Positions 60,223 to 64,000 of a stretch of DNA of 64,000 nucleotides are shown piece after piece; positions within the stretch are counted from its first letter, which is position 1, and every line of letters starts with the position of its first letter. The translations under genes and the position numbers were made by a program. The DNA comes from Podarcis melisellensis (taxonomy: Eukaryota). The stretch lies in the NCBI GenBank assembly GCA_964234715.1, contig OZ174277.1. The stretch is one strand, 5' to 3'. A model generated the notes under the pieces. That model saw nothing but the letters and a program-made list of their open reading frames with translations. It was not told the origin of the DNA and searched no databases.

Positions 60223-61926
60223 TTTGATCTACCTTATAGGATTGTTTACAAGGGCATTTCCTCAAGGTAGGAGTGCTGCATGATGCTCTGAAAGTCACAA
60301 TAAGCCCAAAGGTCTGGCTCACTGGCTGCTACAGCCTTCTCCACTCCCTCTTTCGCTTCTGTGATCTCTGCTTCCTCCTCTGCTTTTTCGTTCCCTCTTC
60401 CTCCCCACCTTTTTTCCTGATTTTCTTCCGAAACCCTTCCATTGGTGAAACAGTTGAGGAGCACTGTGGCAACAATAGGGCATCTGCTACCTCTTTGTAA
60501 AGACATGCAAAGCAACATGGCTGGAGTGGCTGCAGTGCCATCTATAGGCAATTCTGACCTCGGCAGCTCAACCATTTGAATGCAGCCGTGTTCCTTCGCT
60601 TTGCAGTGGGAGGGAGAATGTTCTTTCTCTATCCTAGGTGCCAGACCTAATAGTATGGTTCCTTTGGTGACCAGACTTCTAGAATGTTGTGTTCCTGTAC
60701 AATGCATAGTTTGGAAAAATAATAATTTAACATGTAAGATTAATAAAACATGCAACCATGCAAACATGCAAGAATATGAAAGCTTGCATTCACAAGGGCG
60801 CTCTGCCATTTATCTCTTTAGCAATCGATTCTCATAAGTATAATCTGCTTACAGTCCTACAAATGATGTCTATGCTGTGCTGATCCCTGAACTACCTAAA
60901 GCTGTCTTAAGTAGAGGATGTTCTTTTACAGGACAATGCTCTGATGTGGCAGTAGTTATTTTAAAATTGGATGTGGCTGCTCTTTCCAATGCATGGCCAA
61001 GATAAATGATTTATTGCTGACCATTTATTGCATACACTTCCAAAAGCTTTTCAGAGGCACTGAATGGGTTACTTTCCATATGAATTTATCAACTTGTTGG
61101 AGTCATCAGCCGAGGCCTTCCTTTCTATCTCACTAGCATTGGTGTCGCCTTGAGAAAGGGCTTTTTCAGGAGCAGTGTTCAGACTTATTTTGCCAGCTGT
61201 TCATTGTTGATTAATGATTGCATTGTATTTTGCTGTTCCATGCTGTACATGTATTACAGTTTTCATCTGGTATTTTAATGTAGTGATTTCGGATTGTATC
61301 TTTCCATTTTGCAAGCTACTTGGGATGAAAAAGTGGAATATATATGAAATAAACGGTGAAAGCACGTTTTAAAGAAGGAATAAGAATGAAGCTCTTTTTG
61401 CAGATATTTAAAGAAGCCACCTCTTGTGTGGATGAAATAGTAGGGAGGAGGGCAGAAAGTATGTGGACATCCAAGAATATATGCAGGCTTTTATGAGAAA
61501 GGGAAGGCAAGCGTAATAATTCAGAGCAAAGAGAAATTGATGAGAAGGGGGAAAGAGGAAAATGAGGGGCAGAGCTTGAAGTTTATTGATACAGCTGCCA
61601 ACTATTCATAAGGCATGCTGTGTATTTCTTAAAAGAGAATGCTTGTCCCCTCAAGGTTCCATCTCACGCTGTTTTGCAGGCAACACTGTTAGAATGAAAA
61701 AATACAGGTCGTGCAGCTCTTGATGGTTTTTTGTTGTTGTTGACTTTAAAGACTGGAGGGTTAACTTTAATAGGAAAAAACAGTTGCATCTCTATTTTTT
61801 CTTGTTACTTTTCCTGTCACATAGTCCAAACTCTGCATTTGATAGCAGGAAAATAAAATACCATCTGTTTTGATAGTTCCCTGACTCACGTTGGCTAAAC
61901 TGAAGCTTTTGTTTTTATTACCACAG

Positions 61927-62102
61927 ATAGCAAACAATAAAGATGCACTGAGGAAGACCTGGAACCCCAAATTCACCTTAAGGAGTCATTTTGATGGAAT
62001 AAGAGGTCTTGCTTTCCATCCAGTTGAACCTGTGTTAATTACGGCATCCGAAGACCATACATTAAAAATGTGGAATTTACAGAAAACATCTCCAGCAAAA
62101 AA
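61927..62102 (+). CDS. STRN: Striatin exon 11 (first WD40 repeat)
   Basis: ccacag acceptor; IANNKDALRKTWNPKFTLRSHFDGIRGLAFHPVEPVLITASEDHTLKMWNLQKTSPAK; AA|GTAAGA donor. Confidence 0.96.
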
Positions 62103-62569
62103 GTAAGATTGTGATTGTTAAAAGATATGTGGAGATTAATTTTTTAGACTAATCATTGTAGAAACATGGTAGCAACATAATGACTAGTTTAGGCCTGATT
62201 AATCCTCTCAAGGATAAATATTACCTGCTGACTCACTTATTGGGTTAAGGAATATTGTTTCTCTTCCAGAATGCATGCCAGTTAGATTTAAACCTTATAA
62301 ACATTTATAAATCTAATAAATGGCGCGTGTATATATGTGATTGTGTATCATATCGAATTACATAAAAGCAAATAAAGGTCCTCTTTAAGTAATAACCTGT
62401 TGCCATTATAAGAAAAGGGAATTTACCCATAGTCTTCAGTATTCTTCTATATATCAAGAATCTTAGGAAGGATCAGTTGGTATTTACAGCAAAAAAAAAA
62501 AAGAAGAAGAAGAGAAAAAGGCAGCTGTTGCCGCAACAAGAATTGCTTGGTTCTATAAATATTCATTAG

Positions 62570-63010
62570 AATGCTGTGGGTAGACTGTTGATGGGGACAG
62601 ACTACCTCCAACACATGACACTGGTGTTAAAAGACCAGCACTGGCTTCCTGTGTACTATTGGGCCGAGTTCAGGGTGCTTGCGCTAGTGTACAAAACCCT
62701 GAATAACCTAGGCCCAGCATACCTTAACCCCAAGTTAATTATTACTGGGATCATTGAGGGGAGCCCTTCCCACAGGAAGTTCGACAAACACCATCTCTGC
62801 CCCTACTAAATCTCGGGACTCTTGGTCAAAACTGTTTTATTTAAGGAGGCCTTTTCACCCTGAATGCTTCTCAGATGTTTTACTTTGAAAAAAATGAAAA
62901 TTCTTGAGTTTTAAAGTTTTAGAGGTTTTATGTTTAAAATTTTGAATATTGTGTATTTTGTTGTTTTGTAAGCTTCTTCAAGACCTACATGATGAAAAGT
63001 GGGATATACA
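62570..63010 (+). mobile_element. Decayed L2 LINE 3' fragment
   Basis: HMTLVLKDQHWLPVYYWAEFRVLALVYKTLNNLGPAYL matches the L2 C-terminal HITPVLKDLHWLPV...KALNGLGP motif. Confidence 0.7.
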
Positions 63011-63307
63011 TAAATACATACTGTATATACATACATAAAATAGCTTTGCAAGAGCCACATTTTTTGTCTTTTTCCTTACACAGTATATAGGCTATTGGTG
63101 GTTGGCCACTGAAATCAGCTCTTGCTGATTCACAGTCCTTTTTTATTCTTTCTTTGTTTGATTATGATTTTTACAAGGAAACTTTGCAGAACAAGAAATG
63201 ACTGCCTGTGGCTTATAAAAAGTGGGGAGGGGCAAAGAGGAGGAGTCAGGGACACTTAGTGTGCATGTAGAGGTAAAAGTGTTCAAAAGCGTCCTGTCAG
63301 TTTAGGC

Positions 63308-63444
63308 CAGGCATAGGCAAACTCAGCCCTCCAGATGTTTTGGGGACTACAACTCCTATCATCCCTAGCTCACAGGACCAGTGGTCAGGGATGATGAGAA
63401 TTGTAGTCCCAAAACATCTGGAGGGCTGAGTTTGCCTATGCCTG
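63308..63444. mobile_element. hAT (Charlie/URR1-like) palindromic MITE, 137 bp, 8-bp TSD
   Basis: Near-perfect long TIRs CAGGCATAGGCAAACTCAGCCCTCCAGATGTTTTGGG; TSD GTTTAGGC at 63300-63307 and 63445-63452. Confidence 0.92.
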
Positions 63445-63533
63445 GTTTAGGCTAACCTGGAAGCAAACTTTTTCATGCCTTAACAAATATTTTCTGAACC
63501 TGTGATTCTGCTTTTTTCTTTTTCTTTTTTTAG

Positions 63534-63581
63534 GAGTGCCTCTCTTGATGTTGAACCTATCTACACTTTCAGGGCACACAA
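63534..63581 (+). CDS. STRN: Striatin exon 12 (48 nt); gene continues beyond window
   Basis: Long T-rich tract plus tag acceptor; SASLDVEPIYTFRAH; AA|GTAAGT donor. Confidence 0.93.
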
Positions 63582-64000
63582 GTAAGTAAATATTCAGAAA
63601 CTTCTTTCTGTTATCAGAGAATATAGCTGCAGCACTTGACAGAGTTCCCCTTTTATGGGATAAACAGTGTGTTGACTCAGCCTGTCAAATGGTCATGTGG
63701 TTTCTTCATCTTGTGGCTCGAGCTCAGCTCACCACTCCTCTAGTATGCTAGTGAACTCTTCCTTCCAAAAGGGGTGGGGCTGGTAAAAGCTGCAGCCTGG
63801 CAATGTAATGGTGCAATCCGAACTGCAGTTCAGCCTCTGGTGAGGCAGATTGCATTAGCCTTCCTTTCTTTTTTTGCTTTTTTCTCCTTCCGCCTTTCGG
63901 TTGTGTGGTGCTAGTGTCTTGCTATGTACCACGCAGAGCACAGATACAACACTTACTTACCAAGAGGGACTTAACTGTCTTCAGCATGTGAATTGGAGAG

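Noticed and set aside
60246-60809. 187-aa minus-strand ORF with charged tract
   Set aside because: Non-ATG start, purine-rich low-complexity origin, no recognisable family and no exon structure.

Overview
Vertebrate genomic DNA from a squamate reptile, probably a lacertid-type lizard (inferred from Sauria SINEs, a BovB 3' end and lizard-type L2/CR1 elements and MITEs). Two tandem + strand genes are present. The first is the last 14 coding exons of HEATR5B (1-19771; about 898 aa spliced in frame, ending ...TIKLKTSFF*). The second follows a CpG-island promoter and is coding exons 1-12 of striatin, STRN (ATG at 24400; 535 codons in the window, running off the right end inside the WD40 domain). 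All introns are GT-AG and every splice phase is consistent. HEATR5B followed by STRN matches the arrangement at human 2p22. Introns carry many transposable elements, several with identifiable TSDs or TIRs and some nested. I found no convincing novel multi-gene system. The items most worth checking are: inverted Sauria SINEs bracketing HEATR5B exons (circRNA/editing potential); a stacked L2/BovB/hAT insertion with three copies of one 8-mer and a palindromic 26-bp minisatellite; a perfect 52-bp palindrome between the genes; candidate cassette/poison exons in STRN introns 5 and 9; a strong intronic CTCF motif; and a poly-Asn/poly-Ala expanded STRN N-terminus.
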